Notes under the pieces: generated by a model
What the model was told of the DNA's origin: nothing
The model's database searches: none
Seen by the model: only the letters and a program-made list of their open reading frames with translations
Part shown: piece after piece, positions 53,043 through 64,000 of the stretch
Position numbering within the stretch: position 1 is the stretch's first letter
Layout of the letters: each line of letters starts with the position of its first letter
Translations under genes and position numbers: made by a program
Source of the DNA: Octopus bimaculoides
Lineage: Eukaryota
Length of the DNA stretch: 64,000 bases
NCBI RefSeq assembly: GCF_001194135.2
Contig: NC_068985.1
Span: 17,542,210-17,606,209, forward strand
Direction: 5' to 3'

Positions 53043-54440
53043 CAAGAGGAAGAAAAAGGCTATGATGTGATGAACAACGTTAAAAAAAAAAGACAGCTCT
53101 ATAAATGAAAACATCTGAATAAACTGAAAATCCCTATCTCCAGCTATCTCTATCTATCTGTCTGTCTATTTCTATCTACAATGCACGTGTCAGCATTGTT
53201 AGACTAAAGCACTAAAAGTGAATATTGAGTTTCAAAGGCTGTTTGTTCCTTCCATTATTTCTACCCAATATCATATCACACTATTCAACACAACTCCACA
53301 GCTCTGTGATGAATGAGTACAAACTTTTCACGTCTCATTTCAGTCAGCGTATCTGCAAATATATATTCTTTAATGCTTTAACTTGTTTTAGTCCATAGTA
53401 CTGAAACCATGTTGGAGTATAACCTCCGTATGTGTTTTGCAGACTTGCTCTGCATATTTTAACGAAGAACAAAGAATACGATGAAACCTTTCTTTCGTTA
53501 TCTACTCCAGCCCAAAGTAGTTTTCTTTTAAAATTATAGCTGGGAATGGGTAGTAATAAATCTTACTGTGATAAATAATTGTACAGTAAAATTTTCCATA
53601 GACGGTATTTCATTCAATTGATAAATATATATATATATAGAGAGAGAGAGACAGACAGAGAGAGACAGAGAGAGAGACAGAGACAGAGAGACAGACAGAG
53701 AGACAGAGATTTATATATATTACGAGAGAGTGAAAAAGAGATTGATATATATATATGTATATACATGTATGTATATATGTTTTGTTATGCATACAACCCC
53801 ATTTATAACATACATACATACATACATACATACATACATACATACAGATAATATTTTTGTATATAAGTGTGTATATTATATGTATATATATATATATATG
53901 CTTAAATGTTCATTCGTTCGTTTGAATACATTTATAGCATATGTGACACACACACATGTATATACATTAAGAAGTTAATGAGCACAAAAAGAAGACAACA
54001 CGAGAGAGAGAAGTTTTAACAAATGATGCATAAGCTTAACGGTTTTAAAAAAGGTGGGGGATACACCCAGTACATTCTGTATTGATGATAGAAAGGGTAT
54101 ACAGCTATAGAAACCAAGATAAAAATGAAACTTAGATATAGTCTTCTAAAGTTTCTACACGAACAGTTACGCCCAGCCCAACTCATGCCAGCATCGAAAG
54201 TGAACATAAAATGAAGTTGGTGATAGTGATGATGATGTGTGTGTGTGCATGCGTAAGTGTGTGTATACATAATTTATAAATGCAAATTATATATCTTTTA
54301 AATCTATAGATTAATAAACAGATGCGCGTGTATTATTTAAGCGGATAGAATGTGTTTTTACATTATAGAAAAATAGTTTCTCTGTGGGATGAGGGTATAC
54401 ATACATATATATATATATATGTGTGTGTGCGTGTGTGAAT

Positions 54441-54471
<31 letters not shown>

Positions 54472-55943
54472 GAGAGAGAGAGAGACAGATGAATGTGAGT
54501 GCTATTGTATATATCTTATTTTAATTCTCCCAATAATATATAAAGATGGGCATAAATACAAATTTCTGCCCCCATCCCGACTTTGGATGCACGACCGTGT
54601 TTATGTTTTATCTATGCTATTAAAGAAATGTCATAATTCCTCATCATAACGTTTGAAGAAAAACCGATCCATACACACACATATATAGAGAGAGAGAGAN
54701 NNNNNNNNNNNNNNNNNNNNNNNNNNNNNNNNNNNNNNNNNNNNNNNNNNNNNNNNNNNNNNNNNNNNNNNNNNNNNNNNNNNNNNNNNNNNNNNNNNNN
54801 NNNNNNNNNNNNNNNNNNNNNNNNNNNNNNNNNNNNNNNNNNNNNNNNNNNNNNNNNNNNNNNNNNNNNNNNNNNNNNNNNNNNNNNNNNNNNNNNNNNN
54901 NNNNNNNNNNNNNNNNNNNNNNNNNNNNNNNNNNNNNNNNNNNNNNNNNNNNNNNNNNNNNNNNNNNNNNNNNNNNNNNNNNNNNNNNNNNNNNNNNNNN
55001 NNNNNNNNNNNNNNNNNNNNNNNNNNNNNNNNNNNNNNNNNNNNNNNNNNNNNNNNNNNNNNNNNNNNNNNNNNNNNNNNNNNNNNNNNNNNNNNNNNNN
55101 NNNNNNNNNNNNNNNATATATATATATATATATATATATAGGCGCGCGCGTGAACACACGGACAAATGTGTCGTTTGCGTGTGTGTATACATCACATAAT
55201 ATAATTATCTTGAATATATTGAGCACTGAGATTAGCATTGGTCCGCCTGGGATCATTGTATTTCTTTAAATAATGTTTCTTACACAACAATCAAGACAAG
55301 ATGAGAAGCTGTGACATCCATCCAATTCTCAAGAGAAATGTCGGGCACTTGCGAAATCGGAATTAACTTACGAGTTAATATTCAATAAACTTATCAAGAG
55401 ATCGGTCAATATAAAGATTTTTATGAGAGAAATGGAAATATTTAGGGATTATTATTTCTTTTTATCCATGAATAGATGGTTCGAAAAGAATGATATGCAT
55501 GTATCGTACAGATTCCCTCTATTAAATATGCTGACACCCACTTTACTTACTGTTTGTTTATCATACAGATGGTGTCTTCTCTGAAATAATTATTGTATAC
55601 ATTTATAAGTTTAAAAAATAGATTATCCAAAAACAAATCTGATCTTGGAGACAGGAACTGATGAAAATTGAATTCAGAGCATATTGTCATCAATAGTTTA
55701 ATTATAACACATGCAACAAAAACACAAAGATTTAAAGAATAGGAAATGATGAGATTTCATAAGGTTTATACCTTTACCAAAAAGCATTAGGGTCGTAAGT
55801 GGTATGGAATGAGTGATTAAGAAATAAACTTGGGTTCAGATCTCTGTTAACCAGAAGTTTACATCCACTGTACATCGCTCACAACTTTTCAACATGTAAT
55901 AATAGAAAAAATAATAATTGTTGAGAAAAAAAAAGTACATTAC

Positions 55944-56864
55944 CTCCCTAGCATAGTTATACTTTGCTTTCAAAATTAACCGAAATAGCCTGGTTTTATT
56001 ATCTTCTTCAAAGGGCATCTCTCCACTGAGTAAGATGAAGGTGATAACCCCAACTGCCCAAAGGTCTACCTGAGAAGTATATGGCTTGCGAGCCAATATT
56101 TCAGGTGCGATGTATTCCGGAGTTCCACAAGCTGTATTCATCCAGTTATCAGGACCTTTACGCGTTGCGGATAACCCAAAGTCTGTAATCATAATTTTGG
56201 AATCGTTTCCAGGATGATAATAAAGCAAGTTCTCCGGTTTAAGGTCCCTGTGTGTTATTCCAAGACTGTGCAAATAACGCACCCCTTCAAAAACCATCTT
56301 TAAAACAGTTATAGCATCTGCTTCGGAAAAATATCCTTTTCCGATAATTCTATCCAACAGGTCTCCACCCGTAGCCAGTTCCATTACCATATAAACTTTC
56401 TGCTTGCATTCGAAAACTTCAACAAGTTGTATTATATTAGGGTGTCTAACTCGACGTAAAACATTAAGTTCCGACTCAAATACTTCACGTCCTTCGGTTC
56501 GATTAATCATTTTGATAGCATAGGGCTGTTTAGTAATTTTGTGTTCAACACGAACAATTTTACTGAAGCTGCCTCTGCCAATAAGTGCTTTTATATCATA
56601 TTTAGCGGTCACTCGATTGTCAAAAGTGGCCATATATTTCTCCACTCTTTTATTATGTCGAGGTGTGTCTTGAATATTGTTGCCGGACTGTTGTTGTTGA
56701 GAATGTTGCCATTGTTTGTTTCCACATTTCTTTTCTTTAGGTTTGTGGTGGTTTGTATAGTTAGAATTGCTTTTATATATATTTTGTGGGCCATGGTACA
56801 CATAATTAAGAGATCGTTGACTTGGTGGAGATTCCGGCACCAGTTTGGTGTTTAAACAGCCCAT
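55944..56864 (-). CDS. PSKH1: Serine/threonine-protein kinase H1-like (CAMK group), first coding exon, 307 codons; gene continues past a splice donor
   Basis: Translation starts MGCLNTKLVPE and contains FDNRVTAKYDIKALIGRGSFSKIVRVEHK, YAIK, ESEL, HRDLKPENLL, ITDFGLS, CGTPEYIAPE and DLWAVG, so all catalytic motifs are intact. The RVTAKYDIKALIGRGSFS block and the MGC start are characteristic of PSKH1 as I recall it. Similarity ends at YNYARE, followed by GAG|GTAATG (intron starts at 55943). The ORF-track tail VMYFFF...TEI is intron read-through. An in-frame TGA lies 5 codons upstream of the ATG. Confidence 0.93.
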
Positions 56865-57620
56865 TGCCGGTGGAAAATATCACCAGCTGAGTCTTTCATC
56901 CCCTTCCAACATAGCAAGGGATCCAAGTAATACATCGAAACATCCAACAGTTTGGATTCGTTTTTAAGGGGTTTATTCCGCTTCGGAGCCGCGCAGTAAA
57001 ACTACCTTAGTTACAAGAATAGACCTAACAACTACTCTAATTCCGTGTTCAAAGAAGATAGTGCGTTAATATATAGCTTAAAGTAGAAAAACCAACTATA
57101 TATTTAGCTTCCAAGTATATTGTATTGGAATATTACAAATATTAAATCCATTCTTTTAGAAATTGAATACTTGTTTCTTCAAAATTTTAGCTGATACATT
57201 AAAGAACACGATTAGCGAATACTATGACATATTTATCTTAGCGCGTAGTAATATAGCAACTTGGGAAAAGAGAAGAAATCGTGCGCGAAAGTTTGAAAAA
57301 GATGTTAAACGTGAAAAGAAATTGCTTGAACTTCTGTTTATAAGTTAATTATATTAATTATAAGAAAATAAAGGAAACAGAAACATTCAATGGCTCTTTC
57401 TTATAAAATCTTGCACTATATTTTCTATAACTTTTTCTTTCCCATGTTTCTAGTGGAATCGACAGAGTTTGACCTAATTTCTTATTATTACCATTTCGAA
57501 TGTCGACGGTACTAAAGCAACGTAGGGGTTAACAATGAGGAGAAGAACAAGAAGAATTGTCTGATTTCATTGGTTGTTTCGAAAACATATGTCTAAAGTG
57601 ACAACAAGTAGTATGCTTGG
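56865..57620 (-). promoter_or_regulatory. Probable 5' UTR/promoter region of the kinase gene
   Basis: Directly upstream of the ATG, free of recognisable SINEs and visibly richer in CpG (ccgcttcggagccgcgc, tcgtgcgcg, ttcgaatgtcgacgg). Minus-strand CCAAT at 57573-57569 and a good candidate acceptor (tttttctactttaag) ending at 57077. The TSS cannot be determined. Confidence 0.45.
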
Positions 57621-57809
57621 AATGTGATGAGAACACTCCTCTTCCTAACTTGTCTTAGAAGTAGCTTCCAGCCATTGTTTATTCAAGAATTAACTATTAT
57701 CTTGGTTCTTTCTATTCTACACACTTGCTGTATTGATGAATAACTGTATTTTTATGCCAATTCTTAGATTAATAAGAATTTAGATTGAAACAATTTTTTT
57801 GAATAATTA

Positions 57810-57810
57810 A

Positions 57811-57857
<47 letters not shown>
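57810..57857. repeat. (TAA)n microsatellite
   Basis: Read directly from the sequence. Confidence 0.95.
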
Positions 57858-57858
<1 letters not shown>

Positions 57859-60800
57859 TATGTTTATATAATTTAGCCCAGAGACCAGAATTTCCAAGCA
57901 GCTTATGTTTTCATTTTAAAAAATCATGAGTTAGATTGAACATCTGTTGAGTGTTTTGGTTCCAAGTTTTCTATTAAACAAATAAATTGTCTTTTAACTG
58001 TAATATTTTTCTATTATCATGCTGGTTGATGTACACTGCATACCATTTTTCAATTCTCTGTGAGAAACAATTTCATTTATATTGTAAATTTTCCAATTTA
58101 TTTTCCTTTGTGTCTGTGGCATTCTATATTCTTTCTACAATTTATAGAATAAAATTTTAATGCACTTAATTTATAAATGTTGAATTAAATGAGCTGAAAA
58201 ATTAATTTCTCCAAGGGGTGCTGCCCTACTCACATGTAGTAAAGTAAGATTATAAACTAATTTGATGAAGCTAACACTAGAAAGAAAGAGTCCCAAATTA
58301 GAAGATAGATTTACTTAAAAAGTTAGTGTTTAATTCTTTTGCTTTAATGTTTAAAACAGTTGGAATACATATGATGTGGCATTTTTCAATAATATTAAGC
58401 CGCAATTCCTTTGATTGATAGAGAAGTACTAATTCATCATTCCAAATGAATTAATTTTACTTAAGCTTGATATCTTAGTAAAAGTAAGTTCCTTGTCCAA
58501 GGGCTCAACACTGAATCTGCAACAGCTTATATGTACTTATAAGCTAACACTTATTTCCCACTAGATCTTGGCACTTGATAATATATAGCATTATTTCCAG
58601 TGATTCAGTTGGGAGGATACTTGGCAATGATCCATTACCAGCTCTTTGTAGTGCACTTTTCAACTTCCATGTAGCTTCATAGACAGATTCTGATCCCATG
58701 CAATGATGAGGAAACCCTCAATATCTATTTTTAGACAATAGCCCCCTTAACCATTCAATGCTTGCTCACAGATTTCTAACTGTTCTATTTAATCTTAAAA
58801 GAAACTAGTTATCAAAATATTTGTTTTTCTTTCTGAGTGTATGCTTCATGTTTTGTGTTATAAATGTTCTTCTTTCTGTTAATATGTATAGTTTTTCACA
58901 TCCAAGCCCTGATTCATCTCTAGCTTCTGTTTAATTCTGGTTTATATCTTTATCTTTGCCCACACCCACTCACCACCACCACCACCACTCTCCATGATCT
59001 TAGACTATCTTCTATCTTTTATCTTTTACTCGTTTCAGTCACTGGATTGCAGTCATACTGGAGCACTGCCTTGCAGAGTTTAATCATACAAATTAGCCCC
59101 AGCAATGATTTTTTTAAAGTCTGGTACTTATTCTGTCAGTCTCTTTTGCCAAGCCACTAAGTTACAGGGATGTAATCAAACCAATACTGGCTGTCAAGCA
59201 GTGCAGCAAAGGACAACAAATTACAAACACACACACATAATAGGTTTCCACAGTTTCTGCCTACCACATTCATTCACAAGGCATTAGTTGGTCAGGAGCT
59301 ATATTAGGTGCCAAGATACTGCACAGTGGGATTGCACCCAAAGCCATACAATTGTAAAGTGAGCTTCTTAACCACACAGCCATGCCCATGCCTAACGTTT
59401 TTTTTTGGGGGGGGGGGATATTTTTATATAGTTATTGATTGTATTTAATAGTTTTACATTTATGTTGCAGTTCACACATTTTGAACCATATTTTATGGTT
59501 TCTCATCTAAATTTTTCCTAACTTAAAAAGTAANNNNNNNNNNNNNNNNNNNNNNNNNNNNNNNNNNNNNNNNNNNNNNNNNNNNNNNNNNNNNNNNNNN
59601 NNNNNNNNNNNNNNNNNNNNNNNNNNNNNNNNNNNNNNNNNNNNNNNNNNNNNNNNNNNNNNNNNNNNNNNNNNNNNNNNNNNNNNNNNNNNNNNNNNNN
59701 NNNNNNNNNNNNNNNNNNNNNNNNNNNNNNNNNNNNNNNNNNNNNNNNNNNNNNNNNNNNNNNNNNNNNNNNNNNNNNNNNNNNNNNNNNNNNNNNNNNN
59801 NNNNNNNNNNNNNNNNNNNNNNNNNNNNNNNNNNNNNNNNNNNNNNNNNNNNNNNNNNNNNNNNNNNNNNNNNNNNNNNNNNNNNNNNNNNNNNNNNNNN
59901 NNNNNNNNNNNNNNNNNNNNNNNNNNNNNNNNNNNNNNNNNNNNNNNNNNNNNNNNNNNNNNNNNNNNNNNNNNNNNNNNNNNNNNNNNNNNNNNNNNNN
60001 NNNNNNNNNNNNNNNNNNNNNNNNNNNNNNNNNNNNNNNNNNNNNNNNNNNNNNNNNNNNNNNNNNNNNNNNNNNNNNNNNNNNNNNNNNNNNNNNNNNN
60101 NNNNNNNNNNNNNNNNNNNNNNNNNNNNNNNNNNNNNNNNNNNNNNNNNNNNNNNNNNNNNNNNNNNNNNNNNNNNNNNNNNNNNNNNNNNNNNNNNNNN
60201 NNNNNNNNNNNNNNNNNNNNNNNNNNNNNNNNNNNNNNTATCGTTTTGTCCATGTTCTTTTGCCACGTCATGTACCCAGTTATGTATCTATATGTACATG
60301 TAGATGAAGGTATGTACATACATGTACATATATATGCATATACTCATATATTGTTTATATATATATATATATATGCATGTGTGTGTATATGTTTGTGTGT
60401 CTGTGTTTGTCCCCCCCAACATCGCTTGACAACTGATGGTGGTGTGTTTATGTCCCCGTAACTTAGCGGTTCGGCAAAAGAAACCAATAGAATAAGTACT
60501 AGGCTTACAAAGAATAAGTCCTGGGATTGATTTACTCAACTAAAGGCGGTGCTCCAGCATGGCCGCAGTCAAATGACTGAAACAAGTAAAAGAGAGACAA
60601 CTAAATAATATTAATATATATTTTTTATTTTGCTTATAGACATTGAAGTCAGTATTTGGCGAAATTCAAGAATATTTTTGTTTTTGAGATCTTCAATTTG
60701 TGAGTGTTGCAAGCTCCAACTATTCTAAGGAAAGTTTCTGTTTCCAGGTTTAGATTTTTATATCTGTATCTACCCTATAATGCTTATTGTTGAAAATATT

Positions 60801-61167
60801 TTATGCTTCAAATACTATGTTCTTATGGCAACAAAACAATAAAATTGAAAGTGTGAATAAACTGTAGGGATTTTTTACATTTGAACTTTATTGCAAGCAA
60901 GCAAATATACCTTGTGGTCATCTCAACCATGTGGTTTTGGATACAGTCTTACTGCACAGTACCTTGAGCAAGTACCTTCTGCTATACCCTCATGCCAACC
61001 AAAGCCTTATGAGTGGATTTGGTAGATGGTAACTGAAAGAAGCTCATTGTCAATAACAACACAAAACAACCCTTCATACACACACACTACAAGACAAAGA
61101 AGTCAGCTAACAATACCTCTTCTCCAAAGATTTCCTGGAGAAGATATCCTAACCCTGAAATATTAAT

Positions 61168-61588
61168 CTCTTTATTGCCCACAGGGGGCCATAGAGGGGA
61201 CAAACAAAGACACACAAAGGGATTAAGTCGATTACATCGACCCCAGTGCATAACTGGTACTTATTTAATTGACTCCGAAAGGATGAAAGGCAATGTTGGC
61301 CTCGGCGAAATTTGAACTCAGTACATAAAGACAGATGAAATACCGTTAAGCATTTCGCCCAGCGTGCTAATGATTCTTATTTCTTTATTGCCCACCAAGG
61401 ACAGACAAAGGGATTAAGTCGATTACATCGACCCCTGTGTGTAACTGGTACTTAATTTATCGACCCCGAAAGAATGAAAGGCAAAGTCGACCTCAGCGGA
61501 ATTTGAACTCAGAACGTAATGGTAGACGAAATACCACTAAGCATTTCACCATGCATGCTAACCATTCTGCCAGCTCGTCACCCTCTAC
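61168..61588 (-). mobile_element. Dimer of family B SINEs bounded by one 15-bp TSD
   Basis: ccctgaaatattaat at 61153-61167 and 61589-61603 encloses a full copy (right) and a 5'-shortened copy (left). Confidence 0.85.
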
Positions 61589-61939
61589 CCCTGAAATATT
61601 AATGTACCAGGTAAAATCATTGACCTGATTTTTTATAACATATACTGTTCTGGCTTTAAAAAAACAATAATAATATTGGTTTCAAATTTTGGCACAAGGC
61701 CAGCAATTTCGAAGGAGGGAATAAGTTGATTACATTGACCCCAGTGCTCAACTGGTACTTATTTTAACAAACCCCCCAAAAAATGAAAGACAAAGTTGAC
61801 ATCAGTGGAATTTGAACTCAGAATGTAAAGACAAATGGAACACTGTTAGGCATTTTACCCAGCTTGCTAACAATTTAATATATTATAGTGTTGTCTGTTG
61901 AAAAAAAAAAATATTATAGTACAGATTTTAAATATTTTT

Positions 61940-63115
61940 ACTTTGATAGAGTTGGTCCCTTGCTACTCTGAGTTTCCCCTGTGGGTGCACAGGATCTTCA
62001 GGCAAGTCATAACTTGTCTAGACAAGTGTGGTCAATAATGCAAGAATTAATGAGTACGGTGTTGAATTTAGATTGCATGTACGTGTCCACCAGGACTCAA
62101 TCTTTAGCCTCCTTCTGTTTATTGTAGTCTTCCAAGTTATAATAGAGGAGTTTAAGACATTGAGTGTTGTATTTGAGATCTCCAGTATACTAATGATCTA
62201 GCTCTTACAGCTGAATAAATAGATTTTGAGAAGTTCTAAACAAGTAAGCAGAAACTAAAATCAAAGTTAACTTAACAAAGACAAATGTTTTAGTGAGAAA
62301 AAAAAAATGTTGCCATCAGGGAAATGGTCATACTCGTTATGCAGGATAGTTAATAAGTAAAAACTTCATATAGTATACATAATGCAAACTAACGAAGTGC
62401 AAGAAGTGTAGAGGAATCACCAGCAAAGTTAGCAGCAAAGTAGACTTCATACGTGGTAGATGTACAGGGGCGATAAGCATTAAGAGCACATGGAAACAGA
62501 TTCTCTTAAATGCCTAAAAGATTCACTAAAAGTACTTGATAGCTTTTGTTACCTAGGTAAACTAATTAACTGTTGGAGTAGGTTTTCTGAAAACATAAAG
62601 TAAGAACAGACTGGAAAAAATTCAGAAAGTTAGTACGCTTATTGACAAAACAAGGCTTCTCACTCAGAGTGAAAGGCAGATTGTAGGATATTTATGTATG
62701 AAGTGTGATACAATTTAGTAATAAAGTATGGTGTTTGAATGCAGAGGATTCATGAAGACCAGGAAAAAAATTGAAGTGAGCATGCTTTGCTGGATGTGAA
62801 ATGATTGTGTGTATGAATGGTTAAAATAAAAATGGGCTAAGAGAAAAACTGGATATAAAATAAATTAGGTGTAATTTGCAAGAGAGAAGACTGTACTGAT
62901 ACAAACATGGTGATGTGTATGGAGTATGGTTACTGTATAAAGAAGTGCTCAGGGTGAGTGGAATATGGGAAAGAGAAAGAATGAAGAAGACATGGAATGA
63001 AATGGTGATGACTGTTATCAAGAGGTTGCCCTTCACAAAGACAACAAAGGACCATAACCATTGGCAATGCACAGTGCTGTATTAACAAAACCCACTGGTC
63101 TGTGCATACATCATG
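61940..63115 (+). mobile_element. Decayed RTE-clade LINE (RT C-terminal half and 3' region)
   Basis: Translations VHQDSIFSLLLFIVVFQVIIEEFKT, DLQYTNDLAL, IKVNLTKTNVLV, PSGKWSYSLC, VDFIRGRCT. Same family as the 35.9 kb and 46.7 kb fragments. Confidence 0.85.
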
Positions 63116-64000
63116 AAACATACATTAGGAGAGGGGTAACAATGGAAACTGGGATGTATAACATATATCTGGGTTTTTCCTCCCATTCTGACCTGTTAAG
63201 TCTCTACCTGCTACCCTTCTTTCTTCTTTGATGCCCTCTCATTACTCTATCACTTGCTTCCCTTCTAATCATTGTACTGTATCATCTAAGGAAATGCTGG
63301 ATAAAAAGATATCTATGAATATTCAGTTTCACCCTGCCACCATTTAAATCTCTCTATTTCTCTCTTCTTTTCATTACAGTTCCTGAGTGAAAAGGGATTG
63401 CATCTGACCTGTCAGTTAAGAACATGACAAGCTCTCAAAGAAAGAGTTTAGCAAAAGCTTATCTGACATGGGAGAATATTATTTTGGTTGGAAACAGGTG
63501 AGGGTTGGCAACAAGAAGGGCATCTGGCTATAAAAAAATCTGCCTCAATAAACTCCATCCAGTCCATGTAAATATGGAAGAATGGGCATTAAGATGATAA
63601 TAAAGATGATAATTTTAAATTTATCAGCTAAGCAAGAATTCCATTTCAAATAGCCTTGCACTTTAAGAAACAATTTCAAACCTATTTTGTATATATAACA
63701 TATACTTAACAAACAATGTTTCTGTATATTCAAACCAACCAGCACGGCAAAAGAAGGGAAGAAAAGAATGGGAGGAATGTTAGTAAAGAAACATATGAAA
63801 TTGTAGGTAAGAGAAGAATTGGACCTAAAATTGATTAGCAGTGACCCTTGATAACAGGTCAAGCAACAACTATATAGCAGATTCATAAGTTTTAAGGAAA
63901 TAAAGAAAAACTTAACAACAAAAGCAATGAGAAAGCAGAATATATACAAGGGGAAGTCAAAAATTATCTGTTCTTTCACCATAGCATATCTTTATTATTA

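Larger units (their letters stand above)
35280..60238. other. Assembly gaps (N runs)
   Basis: 35280-35625, 36479-36726, 37889-38184, 39664-39673, 45088-45694, 46096-46105, 49036-49231, 52010-52160, 54700-55115 and 59534-60238. Most abut (TA)n/(GA)n tracts or repeats. Confidence 0.97.

Noticed and set aside
55280-55327. Minus-strand NWMDVTASHLVLIVV*, whose first residues resemble the expected next exon (xW.DVS)
   Set aside because: The acceptor would be an atypical GAG, and similarity stops after six residues (no AKDFI..LL, no HPW). Probably chance; junction reads would settle it.
55836-55943. Last 35 codons of the 342-aa ORF (VMYFFFLNNYY...TEI*)
   Set aside because: Begins at a GTAATG donor, is AT-rich and has no kinase similarity; intron read-through.
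35220-60319. Long ORFs (150-300 aa) containing X runs
   Set aside because: They are open only because N gaps contain no stop codons.
1-64000. CRISPR arrays, prokaryotic operons, defence islands or viral inserts
   Set aside because: No regularly spaced repeat-spacer array and no dense ORF cluster; the sequence is eukaryotic intronic/intergenic DNA.

Overview
AT-rich, repeat-dense eukaryotic DNA from a gapped draft assembly (10 N-runs, about 3 kb in total, most next to microsatellites). The SINE families, RTE LINE remnants and (TA)n/(CA)n/(GATA)n density look like a coleoid cephalopod, probably Octopus; this is an inference, not verified. There is one convincing gene. It is a minus-strand, 307-codon coding exon (56864-55944) of a PSKH1-like CAMK-group Ser/Thr kinase with an MGC acylation start. 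The exon stops at a GAG|GTAATG splice donor before the kinase C-lobe is finished. I could not find the remaining exon(s) in the 55.9 kb downstream, so most of the window may be one very long intron. Everything else I can recognise is transposon-derived or simple repeat: several tRNA-head SINE families with interchangeable tails, four decayed RTE LINE fragments, CR1/L2-like fragments, an internally deleted RTE derivative, and hAT-, Tc1/mariner-, pogo- and TTAA-type MITEs, some nested with clear target-site duplications. Nearly all ORFs in the supplied track are microsatellite, gap or TE artefacts. I found no evidence of a novel multi-gene system. The most notable oddities are a uATG cluster ahead of the kinase start, several perfect or long palindromes, tandem or nested insertions at one target site, and abundant inverted-repeat (dsRNA-forming) structure in the presumed intron. 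Coordinates are hand-counted; TE boundaries without a TSD are approximate.
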